This document shows positions 40,201 to 51,080 of a DNA stretch of 64,000 nt, piece after piece. Within the stretch, counting starts at the first letter, position 1. The number at the start of each line of letters is the position of its first letter. The notes beneath the pieces were generated by a model. The model was given only the letters and a program-made list of their open reading frames with translations. It was not told where the DNA came from and searched no databases. Position numbers and translations under genes: made by a program. Source of the DNA: Phoronis australis (taxonomy: Eukaryota > Animalia > Phoronida); contig NMRA01000281.1 of NCBI GenBank assembly GCA_002633005.1, positions 79,123 through 143,122 on the forward strand, read 5' to 3'.

Positions 40201-43200
40201 CACAGGAAATGGCCGCATGTAGTTACACAACACCTCACCCTTACTCACGTCATTGCCAGGAATGTTAGCCCTACAATGGACAAAATACAAAGTTTGCTAA
40301 CAAGGCTTAGCAAGGGAAAGTAATNGATGTAAGATCGCAAAGATCAATTCATTTCATTAACATTTTCAACTTTAATTTACGAGTAGACAGGTAGCACCTG
40401 TCAAATACCAACTCCCAGCTGACTCCATGGCACTTACTCATTTCAATATTAGAGAACTCATATCCCACAACTCAATGCTTTTGGATGCCAATGCCTCGGA
40501 CTTGGCTATTTGCAAAAACATCAGTGGGAATACCAGTTGGAAAACAGTTTTATGCTACCCCCTTAAATATAGTTAAGTTCTTAAAAATTAAAATCAAATT
40601 TATTGCCTCACAGCTGTTGTCAAGAAAGGTGTCCAAAGGAGTATTGGCTTGAAAATATAAGAACTGGATATTAACGTCACTTACTTGTGTTGCATGCATC
40701 TCCTTTCGGTGCTCATGTCCAGCCGTCGACTCTGTCTGTACAATACAAAGACATAGCGGTGCCAGCCACTCCCGTTCACAGGAAATGGCCGCATGTAGTT
40801 ACACAACACCTCACCCTTACTCACGTCATTGCCAGGAATGTTAGCCCTACAATGGACAAAATACAAAGTTTGCTAACAAGGCTTAGCAAGGGAAAGTAAT
40901 AGAATTCATAGCAAAAGACTACTGACAATACAAAACTTCAACTTTCAAAAATTTCAGACATTTTCAAAAGGGCACATAATGCATCGTTTGTAAATCCAAA
41001 TGTATTTAGATTATCATCTCCAGTTGAAATCAACACTAATCTATAAGACTGACAACTGTTAACCCCCTTCTCCCGGCGTACGTTTTAAGCACATTTCAAA
41101 ATCCCTAAAATTATGATCTCTCAGAAGGTGCAAACTAAATTTTGTTTGAAAAAAAATAATACCTGTGGTTAACTTTACATTGTAATAAGCCTCTGCAAAG
41201 ACCGAGATAAGCTACAGTTGACAAACCTAAACAAAACTCTGCCAAATTTGAATATACATCTTAGCAGAATTATTTGGTAGTTGAATTTTTGTCACAATAA
41301 AATAGCGTTTCAGTCGAACTTTTGTAGGAGTTTAGTGTGACGTTATTGCCCCCAGCTCCTAATTGTATATTTATGTCATGGACTTGCACAGTAAGTTGTT
41401 GCTATTTTGACAATAAGGATGGAGCAACACGTAATTAAAATTTTAACTTGATTCAGAAACAGATTCTAGTTGAAAATAAATGGATATTTAGTCAAGCTTT
41501 TGTGCAACAAAACTTTACTGAATTTCAACATTGTCTAATTTAATCTGAAAACTAGTGTAATTGCCAAATGCGAGTTCAGTGTCCATAACAAGTACATACA
41601 CCATCCAGTGCAACACTTCACTACTGTTGTCTGTCAGGTGACTGTCTGGAGCGGTCATACAAAGCGTCCATAGGCTACCTTCATCAGCTGACCACCTCAC
41701 ACCTGGTGCAAGGGTTACCTGCAAAGAAATGAGCAGAGATTAATGAGGGGCAGCACGTTCCACCACAGAAATCACCAGCGACACTAGCAGTCACACGTCT
41801 CGGCTTAAATAGGACAAAAAATTTTGATTTTGATGAGCACACCTATCAGGTCCACAAAATTATTGAAACACTTCAATTCCATATCTTGTAACCAAACAAA
41901 CAAAGCCTTCATCCACTCTCTCTACACACGACTGCATTCTCTATCATCTCACATTTTACTTGATGGCTGTGCATTATCTAGTCCACTGGGACCTTTAGAA
42001 AATGAATTTCAACACCAGAGCTGAATTGTGGTATTCGGTTAAGACACTAGAAATATCTATGGGTGTTAATGTCCCATTTCCTCGCATAAGTCATCATTAT
42101 AGCAAAGCTCTGTAATCACTTCCAGTAGGGGTCAGTTTGCTAGTGCAGACTAGTAGGTCTCAAGCTGCCTAGTAAAACCTTAGCAGAATCTAGTCACACT
42201 TGCAAGATTATACCATTACTAAATGCACACAAACAAGAAACAAACAAACTTGCAACAGGATTTTTGTGTACTAAATGAAAATTTTATCAATAGTACGTGA
42301 AAATCTTGAACGGTGGGTGAGAATTTTGAACAGGCTAGAACTGTGTATGAGGATGCTTACCACATTAAGACATGTTAGAGTGAATGATATGCAGCACATT
42401 TATGACATCAAAAAAGCCAAACAGACGATGCTATAATTCTGTACATTCTTGTAAGCTAGGAGAGTCCAGAAACTTACAAATACCACTTATTCCATAGTCT
42501 AGTTTTCCATTTTCATGACTCCATTAACTACAACAGGAAGACTTAGAGTATTTTTTGCTCCAAGAATAAACAAATTTATGAAATGACAGCACAACTGAAA
42601 GTGAGATGTCATTATGCACCCTCTGAAAAAATATAAGTTTTTTAAAATCTTTGTAGATATTTTCCATTTCCAAGCAGGTAAATCATTTTTACATTGAAAA
42701 GCATGAAATTTCATCAAAAAAGTTTGACTTTTGGAATTTCAAGATCACGCAAGATTTTTGCCCATGACCAAAGAGACACCCACAACCACAAGTTCATGTA
42801 TCACAAAGCTTCGTTGACCAATTTCAGTACCTGATTAGCTGGAATCCTGTTACCTCTGTAAACAGGCAATATGTTCTCGTCGTCAAGATCAAAACCAACA
42901 CTAATCTGGGTTGTCGGTACAAAGAAGGCATTGTCAAACAGATCTCTGAAGATGCCGTAATGTTCAGCTAATGTCCGTGTGTGTAACGGAGCCAACTCGC
43001 CTCGGTAGTCATGATCGACCTCTTCCAGGGGTACGGTCACTAGAACAAGTGAAAATGTAGGCGATTAGACGAGATGGACCACATCAGTGACAAATACAGA
43101 CAGCAGGAGTAAGATTTGAAGAAACAAGAAAGTCATGTATTCCGAGCATATGCATATTTCACAAAAAGAGACTTACAACCTAAGTCAGAAATTTGGTCTT

Positions 43201-46200
43201 ATGTTCCCCACTACAATTTCTGAAAAATAATTAAATCTCACTTGAACAAAAATGCAAAGCTCCTGACAGTGTACACATATCTGCTTCTTACTGCAATAAT
43301 TTCTTAATTTCTGTGAATTATTTCTAGACTGTGATGTGCTCACAATTACTTGATAAAAACTTTAATGAGCAACTGCAAAAAGGCAGCATAAGACCAAATT
43401 TCTGTAACAGACCCCAGAGTGGACGGTCTAGCAATACACGGACAAAGCCAATACTTTGTTTCCCTCCATTACAGCAACGTCGAGGAGACTGAACAAGTGC
43501 ATCCAAATCCTCAGGAGCCCACTCAGACTTGGCAACAGTGGCACAGACAGGGATAGCTAGTGACACTGTGCAATCAAGTGGAATGTCGGCATATTTCACC
43601 AATTAAACTTATCTTAGACCAAGAGTTCTACACCAATGTTTAAACACAAAAATGTTCAGAATTTAAGAAACGGTTTGCTCGTATTCACAGACAATTGAAT
43701 CATCTTTGATAACTCAAAGTATGAGGAGCTTAAGGTTATTTAGGACCTTAATGACATGTCCGCATTAACTCAAATATCTTCAAAACTATAATTTTTAATT
43801 CTGTCAGTATATCTCAAAACAGAAAGCCTGTAGAATATGATTTTGACTTTTACAAAGACACATTGATAGCAAAACAATAACATGACTGAATTTCATTTGG
43901 TATTTCCATTTTAGAACAATTCTGTGAAAAGGTCAACCTCGAGACAAAAAATTAAAATTGTGGCTATACTAACATTTCTGGTCTCATCTGAAAGCCCAGT
44001 CTCTTTAGTTTCAGGATCCATATTTGGCTGTCCTATAATTTTTTGCCGAAATGGACCCATTTTTTGGGGTTATTTGACCCTAAAAAATTAGCTCAATTTT
44101 CATGTGTGTTGCTAATTATTGACATAAATAAGCTAATTCTGGGTATTTCACTATGCTATTAAATTTGTGCAATGACATGAACCCCAAACTTTATAAAAAA
44201 TAACATTTCGACTTCAGCTCATCATTGACCTCTTGGGATCAAAGGCCAACTCTGGATATCATGGTTTTGTATGCCCATCACAAAAAGTGCTAAAAAGTTT
44301 AGTTACGTTAAAAACTTTCAACCAAAATTAAAATAATTTCAGATTATCTTTGAACTTGTTATTCAATACTATTGACCAAAATTTTAGATCCCAGGGATAA
44401 TTCGTTAAGTCAGAAATTGCATGACAGATGTATAGCAAATTTGTACATCTGTCATGTACGTACATAACACCCATGAAATTACAATTTTTCAACCAATGAA
44501 AATAATCTTAGGTCATATTTTTACTTTCTAAACTTACAGAAGGTAAAATGTATCTCACAACTAAGAACCTTAAAACGATTAGATATTACAAAGGCAGCTT
44601 TACAACTAAGTGAAAAAGTTGCTACAGACTAAAACTAGACGCATTGGACCTCTTCAATATCCAGTATCCATTTGACACCTAAAGACACACCGTGGGGGGG
44701 GGAACTGAATCTGTCGAGTAACAGTTCAAGTGGTAATTTTCAACACTGCCAAAGGAACTCATTCACTGATATGAGACATCGTCCTGCAGTTTAAAACAAC
44801 TTGAGTGATCAAGGAACTAGCAGTACCGGCTATGTAAGCACATGCGTCTTCTAAAAACAATCCGAAGATCAAGGCCTGACCCAATTCAAGCAAATTTTTA
44901 ATTTCACGTGATCAGTTCCTTTTCAGGTCGATTCCTGAGTACAGTCAGGTGATACAGGTCCACAACTTACACAGCTGATGCCTGGCTAACTTTTCCATTG
45001 TGGTATTTTTCTTGTTCTTGAGTCGAACTGCAACCTTCTGTTTATAGCTTCTCCTTCTAGTTGCCAAAGGAAAACCAATGTTGATTGGCTTATCCAGCTC
45101 TGGATCAGGCTTGCTCATTTCTGAAACATTGATTGCATGACATTTTCATATTTTTAATTTTTGAATACAAAAAATAGCTCACCACTCAGGCTACAATACT
45201 CTAGAACAGGCAATGGTGGCATTTCAACCCCATGTATTTTAAACCTTAACAGCCTACTACAAGGTACCAAGTAAGAAATACATGTTACACTTACAGGGTG
45301 CAACATAAGTGAGTAAACGCCTGAAAATACAAGTGGATAAAGTAAAATACGAGTAAAAATATTGACCTCACTCGTACAGGCTGAGAGGATGTTGGATGTT
45401 TGTATTTTTTATTTTCTTGGCCGTCGCAATTGCCCGCATCTCCAAATGTAGGAATGGCAATCGCATGGAGATCCTGAAAATTGAGGTGTGGACACTTACT
45501 ATAGGTGCTGAGCCAGAAAATCACCCAGCTCACCAATGACCTTTGCAATTGAAGTACACAGACTTGAAGGTCAAAAGATTTCCTGTCAGGATTGTCCTAC
45601 AAAGTCTACAAGCAGTGCGCACTCTTGTTGAGAAGACTGGAATCTATTGAGGGCAATTTGGAAATCTGGAACACTCCCAAGTGGATGGGGCAAGGCTGAA
45701 GGTTGTTTCATCCCCAAGATAGCAGCGGCAAAGACAACAGAGTACTTTCGACCGATTTCTCTTCTCTCTATAGAGTGCAAGATATTCTTTGCCATAGTGT
45801 CACGTCGCATGACAGCATATGCATTGGGAAATGGGTACATCAACCCCCAGGTGCAGAAAGGAGGGATACCAGGTTATTCTGGCTGTACAAAGCAAACAAG
45901 CACGTTTTCGAAACTTATCGGAGAATACAAGCAACAGGGTAAAGACTTAGTGATCATATGGCTTGACTTAGCGAATGCCTACGGATGTATGCCTCGCTTG
46001 TTGATAGAGCTAGCCATGAGGACGTACTACATACCAGAGAAAGTTTGACTACTTATTCGAAACTACTTCGAGAGCATACAGATGAGATTCACTGTGGGGG
46101 ACTTGACGAGGAACTGACACCTGTTGGAAAAGAGAATTTTGACTGGCTGAGCCATATCAGTAACATTGTTTGTGATGGGGATGAACATATTAATACAAAG

Positions 46201-49200
46201 AGCCAGCAAGGAATGCAGAGGTCCACTGTTCCAAAGGTCAAGACTACCATTGATCAAGGCATTCATGGATGACCTGACCATTACAACCACCTTCACACTC
46301 GGAGCAGCATGGGTGCTAAAGAAGTTGGCAGAGTTGGTGAGATGGGCAAGGATGAAGTTCAAGGTCCCCAAATCCAGAATTCTGGTGTTGACAAAGGGAG
46401 AGTTTCAGCATTGACAGTGAATCCATTCCATATCTGGACAAGAAGCCGTTGAAATACCTGGGCAGGAATCATGGCATCACAATGAGGGATTCCAATAACA
46501 TTCGGGCTACCATGCATATGATGGCGGAGAACCAAAGGAAGATCAATGCAAGTGGACCTGTAAGAAGATACAAGGTCTGGTGTTACCTACTTGAGTTGCA
46601 ACCAAAACTGGCATGGCTTCTGAGTATCTATAACATACCCCTGACCACGGTGGAATTGATGGAGAGGAAAGACAGTGCATTTTTTATGAAGTTTTAAGAG
46701 TGTGAGTCTTTACAGCAGATCAGCAGCAGTCGCCTTACCAACAAGGTCGCTAATAGAAGAGGTCAAGGTGGGGAAAACTAGATCATCGATGACATTGAGG
46801 GAATCTAAGGATAGTTTGCAGGTTTGGTGAGAGGTGCCAGACTTGAGATCACGTCAGGTGCAAAGTGGGAAGCAGCAGCAGCTGTGGCGGAGAGCAGACT
46901 GCGGCTCTAGGAACTTTGGAACAGTGTGTGTGAGAAGACAACGACTAGGTTTCCTTCCGACTAAGAGGTGGAAGATGACAAAAGGGAAGGAACGAAGAGA
47001 TGTGGTGCTTCAGGAGAGACACATAGCTGAGGAAGAGAAGAAAGGTACTATACCGGTGGGCTTAAGGTAGGTGGATACACAAAAAAATTAATTTTGACTG
47101 TTTTTTACATTTTCATATCATCCTAATCTTTAATTCTTGATGCACAGTATACTGAAGAAAAATAAAATCATTCTGAAAATCCAAAGTTGTTTTTTTAGCT
47201 ATATTTGACCAAGCCTCAGTAAGTCATATGGCTTGAGTGCTCACCAGCTCAGTGATTGACAACTGGGGCGGAGCTTATATACAAGGACACTAGCTCTAAT
47301 CTAACCCTGTCAACAAGCATTGCGTAACCGGGCAATCGAGAGTGATGTACCAGCTGATATTGGTGTTGTAGCAAGACCAAGAATAAAACAATTCTATTTT
47401 TGACCATGTGAAAGTTAGTAGTGAAATGGTGAACTAGCTCCTGTTCCGAGCCTGAGCCTGTTTGTCTATCTGCAAAAAAATTAAGTTGAGTACGCCAAGC
47501 CCTACCGAAGCCATCACTGCACTCAGCTTGAGGAGTCCGTGCAGAAATTGTGCATGTATAAGAGAAGTCGGTAATATAAGGTCAGTTGTCTTGCGAGAGG
47601 ACGCTGAGTGTCGACGTGGGTGGTGTTGCACGATTCGGTGAGAGTGCATACACGCGCTGTGAAGACAAGCCGCGCGCGCGACACATGGACAACTACATGC
47701 CGTCAGAGTAGAGTCTTCGCAGATAAACCGTGCTTCTGTGCTGGGAACGTGCCGTGGAGAAACTAGGCTGTCAAACCCAGAGGATTTTTAACTTGCCACT
47801 GGCCGTAACCCAAAGAATTAGAGAAATGACCCAGTGTTCAACATAACAAAAATTTTTCTAGTGCATAGATTCAAACGTAACCCTGAATTAAAACTCATGA
47901 TATTATACGATTTTAGAGGAAAGCAATATAAGAAACTTTAGTAACTTGAGAATCTCACCCAAGCGGCGCTATTTGCGCAGAAAGTGATATTTTCTTATCC
48001 CAAAGTCCATTCGGTACAGGCACGTAAAAATGTTGAACCATTACTATGAAAGTAGTTCTTTATCCTCGTCGCCAATATTGTTATGTAGGCAGTAACGCGG
48101 CGATTTGATATAACACATATATTGGTTGATGATAATATTGGAATACTAACAAATAGGTCTGTGTAATATAGTTAGAGAGTCTTTTACAAACTGAGTGGAG
48201 AGTTCAGATGAATCGTATAAACAATCAACACATGGTGGTCGGCACACCAGTACAGCAGACAATAGATCAACGCTAAGCTCCGCCCACGTGACAGCCATAT
48301 TTGTTTTGGTCGTCTGTCGTGCATCACAAGTTCGAAAAAATGATTAAAATTACGCTGTAAACAAACAGGTATGTCACATTTTCTAAATATGAAGTAAATA
48401 TCAGCTTTATTTCTAGTACTTCAACAAAAATTGGAACATAATGACCACGCATTCTGAACGAAATTTGATCTCAAGTGGCAATCGATGACCGCTTAACTTC
48501 AAAGCCGTTTTTCTCGGCTCGTGATTTCAGGATAGTGACACGATTCTCGGGCCTATTTTTCCACAACACGTGGGTCAATTTTAACGAAAGTTGCAAATTT
48601 GAAATCCTCTTGGACTGAAGTAAAATCGCGTGCCAGGGTTTTTTGATAAATGGACCAGATTTTTAGTTATTAGACGGAAAGTGACCAAATGACAAAAAGT
48701 GGCGTGCTTGCCCCAACTCACACACAAAAAATGCCACAAAATCAAGATCATAATGATTTTGTACATATATTTGGTATGGATAAGTAGAATATTGCGTAAG
48801 GAAATAGTTGATGATGATCCCTGTGCATTTTGAAAAAAAATTCGAGGTAAAATTGGATTTGTTGAAAATTAAAAAATACGATTTTTTAAAAAAACGAACT
48901 ACAAAAAAACAAATGTTTTTCGATTTTTGTCACTTTCAGAGTCATGTCTAACTAGTTAAAACTCCCTTTTTACTCATTTTAGTTAGGAACCTGGAGATTT
49001 GATCAGTGTATACACCTACCTTAAAGAAGCAGGATGAATGGGCGACGTGAGACAGCTGATTGTCCAAAGAGACTCAGCTTTGTGCTTAGAGCAGTGTACA
49101 ATCAACTTCCCACGCCGAGGAATTTGTGTCTGTGGGGGAAAGTTGCAGACGACAGATGTGCTAGCTGCGGGGAACCAAGAACTTTGCAGCACATACTATC

Positions 49201-50799
49201 AGCGTGCAAAGCATAACTAGCAGAGGGAAAGTACACCTGGCGGCACAAACAAGTGCTGAAGGCCCTGTCACATATCTTGGACATTGAAAGGAGAGCAGAG
49301 AAAATGAGCAGTAGTGAATGAGGAAATCAACACCAGGCTTTATTCCACAAGTCCATCGACTGGAAGATGACTGTAGATCTGGAATGTCGAGCAGTTTTCC
49401 AAACCCCATTTACCACCAAGAGCTTAAATGGAGAATGGTGAAGATTTTGGGGCTCACTAAGACATCACGGAGAGAGCTGTTCAGTAGCAGCAGAAGCAGC
49501 TTTAGCACACATCTATCTGCAGAGAAGTAACACCTGGTAACATGACCGTTGTAAGACTTGAGGTACTGATCCACCTCAGAGGGCCCGGGTATTGGAGGTC
49601 GCACTGAATCAGGGCAGAAAAGACCAATGACGATTCCTAACCAGCTGCAGACAAGCGACAGTCAGCAGCAACGACACAGCTGTTGACAGGTAAGTTACCT
49701 TAAGGTTAGTTGCCAACATGAAACTTAATCAACCTCTCCTCTATACGGTGAACACCGTTTCTGGCTGGCCAGTAGAGACGGAAGCTTTTCGGTGAATTGT
49801 GCCTCACACTCATTAAAACATCGAAGTCACATTATTTTAAGTACCTTTTGCGCATAGAAGGACACTTTAGGAGGCCGTCGGTGTCTTTAATTCCCACCAA
49901 CTCGAACAAATACTCCTGCACTCAAACTTTTTCTTCGAGCAGTCCGTCATTCAGTTCCCAAAATAGGAAACTGGCCATTTTTACACAGCATATGCCAGGG
50001 GATATGACGTCATACCACCTGCTGCACGCAGGCCAGTTGCCGATTTTGGAAACTGAACGGACTGCTCAAAGAAAAAGTTTGATTACGGGAGTATTTGTTT
50101 GAGTTGAAAGGATGACATCAACGGCCTCCTAAGGCTAAAGTGTCCCTCTGAGCGAAAAAGGTACTTATAACAACCTGACTTTGGTTTTGTTGTGAATGTA
50201 GGTTAGTGTTGTCTCATCTTTTGTGTTGTTTCGTCGTATGTCATGTTCGTCGGTTAGTTTTTGTTAGTGGCTGGATGTTGTTAGTATTACTGTTGTCACG
50301 TGAATGGGGCATCATGGGAACTGGATCTCCCTCGCTCTTCGTCTGGTCCTGCTATAGGCAAGACGCCTGCGATTTCTGCGCTTCAGCATGCGTGTTCAAG
50401 ACTGTGCATGTCAGGGGATATGACATCATGCCACTTGCTACGAGCAGTGTTCAAAATGGCCAGTTTCTGATTTTGGGAAGCGAACGAGGAACTGCTCGAA
50501 GAAAAAAATTGATAACGGGAGTATTAGTTCGAGTTAGAAGGATCAGTGCGAGGCACAATTCGCAAGACCATGGTCACTAGGTCACTGTCTACCGCTCCTC
50601 TCGGCGATGTCAGAGTCAGTGCATCACTCAGTTATAATTATAGCAAATATTTACCTTCAAGTTTCTCAGCAAGAGTCTGAGTTTCTTCAAGGGGCTTAAA
50701 GATATGTTTCGACATGTATAACAGTTGACTTCTGTAAGCTGAATTTGAACGGAGAATCGCTTTTGTAATCAGAAAACATTTCATGCTGGAGGTCGCCAT
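34009..50799 (-). CDS. MRPL38: 39S/large-subunit mitochondrial ribosomal protein mL38 (PEBP family); join of 8 exons: 50655-50799, 44971-45120, 42831-43039, 41600-41718, 40685-40846, 36789-36919, 35566-35653, 34009-34225; 406 aa
   Basis: Manual splicing gives one open frame of 1221 nt. All introns are GT-AG with phases 1,1,0,2,2,1,2. The protein has mL38 motifs: INIGFP, LAEHYGIFRDLF, PVYRGN, WTLCMTAPDSH..LHWMVANIPG, PFPVNGSGWHRYVFVLY, TPAGLAWFQSEWDDSV, EPYHPPQK, YLDRYRD. The N-terminus is basic/Ser-rich, like a mitochondrial presequence. Confidence 0.95.
35566..35653 (-). CDS. MRPL38: MRPL38 exon 7 (DMPEPLFEYDFLEPYHPPQKIWPHKKPFQL)
   Basis: Acceptor tttcag, donor gtaagt; 88 nt; supplies the required phase 1 to phase 2 link; this frame is not in the ORF track. 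Confidence 0.92.
36789..36919 (-). CDS. MRPL38: MRPL38 exon 6 (NLHERTFSS...FFHRDL)
   Basis: Acceptor ttgcag, donor G|gtaagg; 131 nt. Confidence 0.93.
37966..38500. mobile_element. PIF/Harbinger (Tourist-like) MITE, 535 bp, in an MRPL38 intron
   Basis: 21-bp perfect TIR gggctgttccagtaaaatctg; TAA TSD on both sides; internal ccaccacc repeats. Confidence 0.9.
40109..40270 (-). other. MRPL38: Second, identical copy of MRPL38 exon 5 (probably a haplotype/assembly duplicate)
   Basis: Identical exon sequence 576 bp away; donor is gtgagt rather than gtaagt; the two copies are separated by the N at 40325. Confidence 0.8.
40685..40846 (-). CDS. MRPL38: MRPL38 exon 5 (ANIPGND...GWHRYVFVLY...)
   Basis: Acceptor ttgtag, donor gtaagt; 162 nt; PEBP GxHRY motif. 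Confidence 0.93.
41600..41718 (-). CDS. MRPL38: MRPL38 exon 4 (VTLAPGVRW...EVLHWMV)
   Basis: Acceptor ttgcag, donor gtatgt; 119 nt; PEBP DPD-like and HW motifs. Confidence 0.93.
42831..43039 (-). CDS. MRPL38: MRPL38 exon 3 (LTVPLEEVD...VYRGNRIPANQ)
   Basis: Acceptor ttctag, donor CAG|gtactg; 209 nt. Confidence 0.93.
43734..44569. mobile_element. Kolobok-like non-autonomous element in MRPL38 intron 2
   Basis: TTAA at 43730 and 44570; ends ggttatttag / ctaagaacc; left end resembles the TIR of the 15165 element. Confidence 0.45.
44971..45120 (-). CDS. MRPL38: MRPL38 exon 2 (EMSKPDPELDKPINIGFP...EKLARHQL)
   Basis: Acceptor tttcag, donor gtaagt; 150 nt and open; not in the ORF track. Confidence 0.9.
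45640..49640 (+). mobile_element. Decayed, 5'-truncated HERO-clade (R2-group, RLE-type) non-LTR retrotransposon in MRPL38 intron 1, antisense to the gene and split by Kolobok copy 2
   Basis: FIPK...FRPISLLSIECKIFF, VQKGGIPG, WLDLANAYG, AFMDDLT, KYLG; after the insertion, RAVYNQLPTPRNLCLWG..CASCG....LQHILSAC..GKYTWRHKQVL (CCHC + RH motif). Removing the insert restores PVGLKKQDEW. Confidence 0.85.
47066..49020 (-). mobile_element. Non-autonomous Kolobok-type DNA transposon, copy 2 (1955 bp), inverted relative to copy 1 and inserted in the HERO element
   Basis: TTAA TSD at 47062 and 49021; same TIRs; colinear reverse-complement match to 22546-24536 (roughly 85-90% by eye). Confidence 0.85.
49794..50561. 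mobile_element. Compound foldback MITE about 95 bp from the MRPL38 exon 1 donor
   Basis: Outer IR gaattgtgcctc(a/g)cact; inner IR 49838-49890 vs 50113-50167; the arm at 49895-49985 pairs with both 50030-50105 and 50455-50535. Confidence 0.7.
50655..50799 (-). CDS. MRPL38: MRPL38 coding exon 1 (MATSSMKCFL...LAEKLE)
   Basis: ATG in context ccaatATGGCG; donor GAAG|gtaaat; 145 nt, phase 1, joins exon 2 in frame. Confidence 0.85.
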
Positions 50800-51080
50800 A
50801 TTGGAGTTTCCCGGATATGGAAATAGCGAGCAAATCAAGGGAAATAACTCTTGGCTTCCCTGAAAATGTATCGACTGATGAACTCGGCGAAAGAACTTTC
50901 ATAAAAGAATAACACGACGCCGCGTATTGCTAGAGAATTTAACTTGAGACAACGTAAAAATATTTTTCTTCACTTGCTTAGCTTTCCATAAATTAGCCTA
51001 ATGTATAGCAATATGACACATTTAAACTTGTGTGGAACTTTTAGTTGACCGGCTCCGGACCAGCTATATCAAAATCGGCG
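50790..51080. promoter_or_regulatory. Probable MRPL38 promoter/TSS region, with a YY1-like AAnATGGCG motif overlapping the start codon
   Basis: Immediately upstream of the ATG; relatively CpG-rich; aatATGGCG on the minus strand. The TSS cannot be placed from sequence alone. Confidence 0.45.

Larger units (their letters stand above)
39757..40900. repeat. ~570-bp direct duplication (39757-40324 / 40326-40900) around an N, including MRPL38 exon 5
   Basis: About 6 substitutions and one 7-bp indel, all intronic. Confidence 0.9.

Noticed and set aside
50874-50900. CUGAUGA...GAAA in the MRPL38 promoter
   Set aside because: No stem II closing pair (A/C) and no stem I; a chance match.
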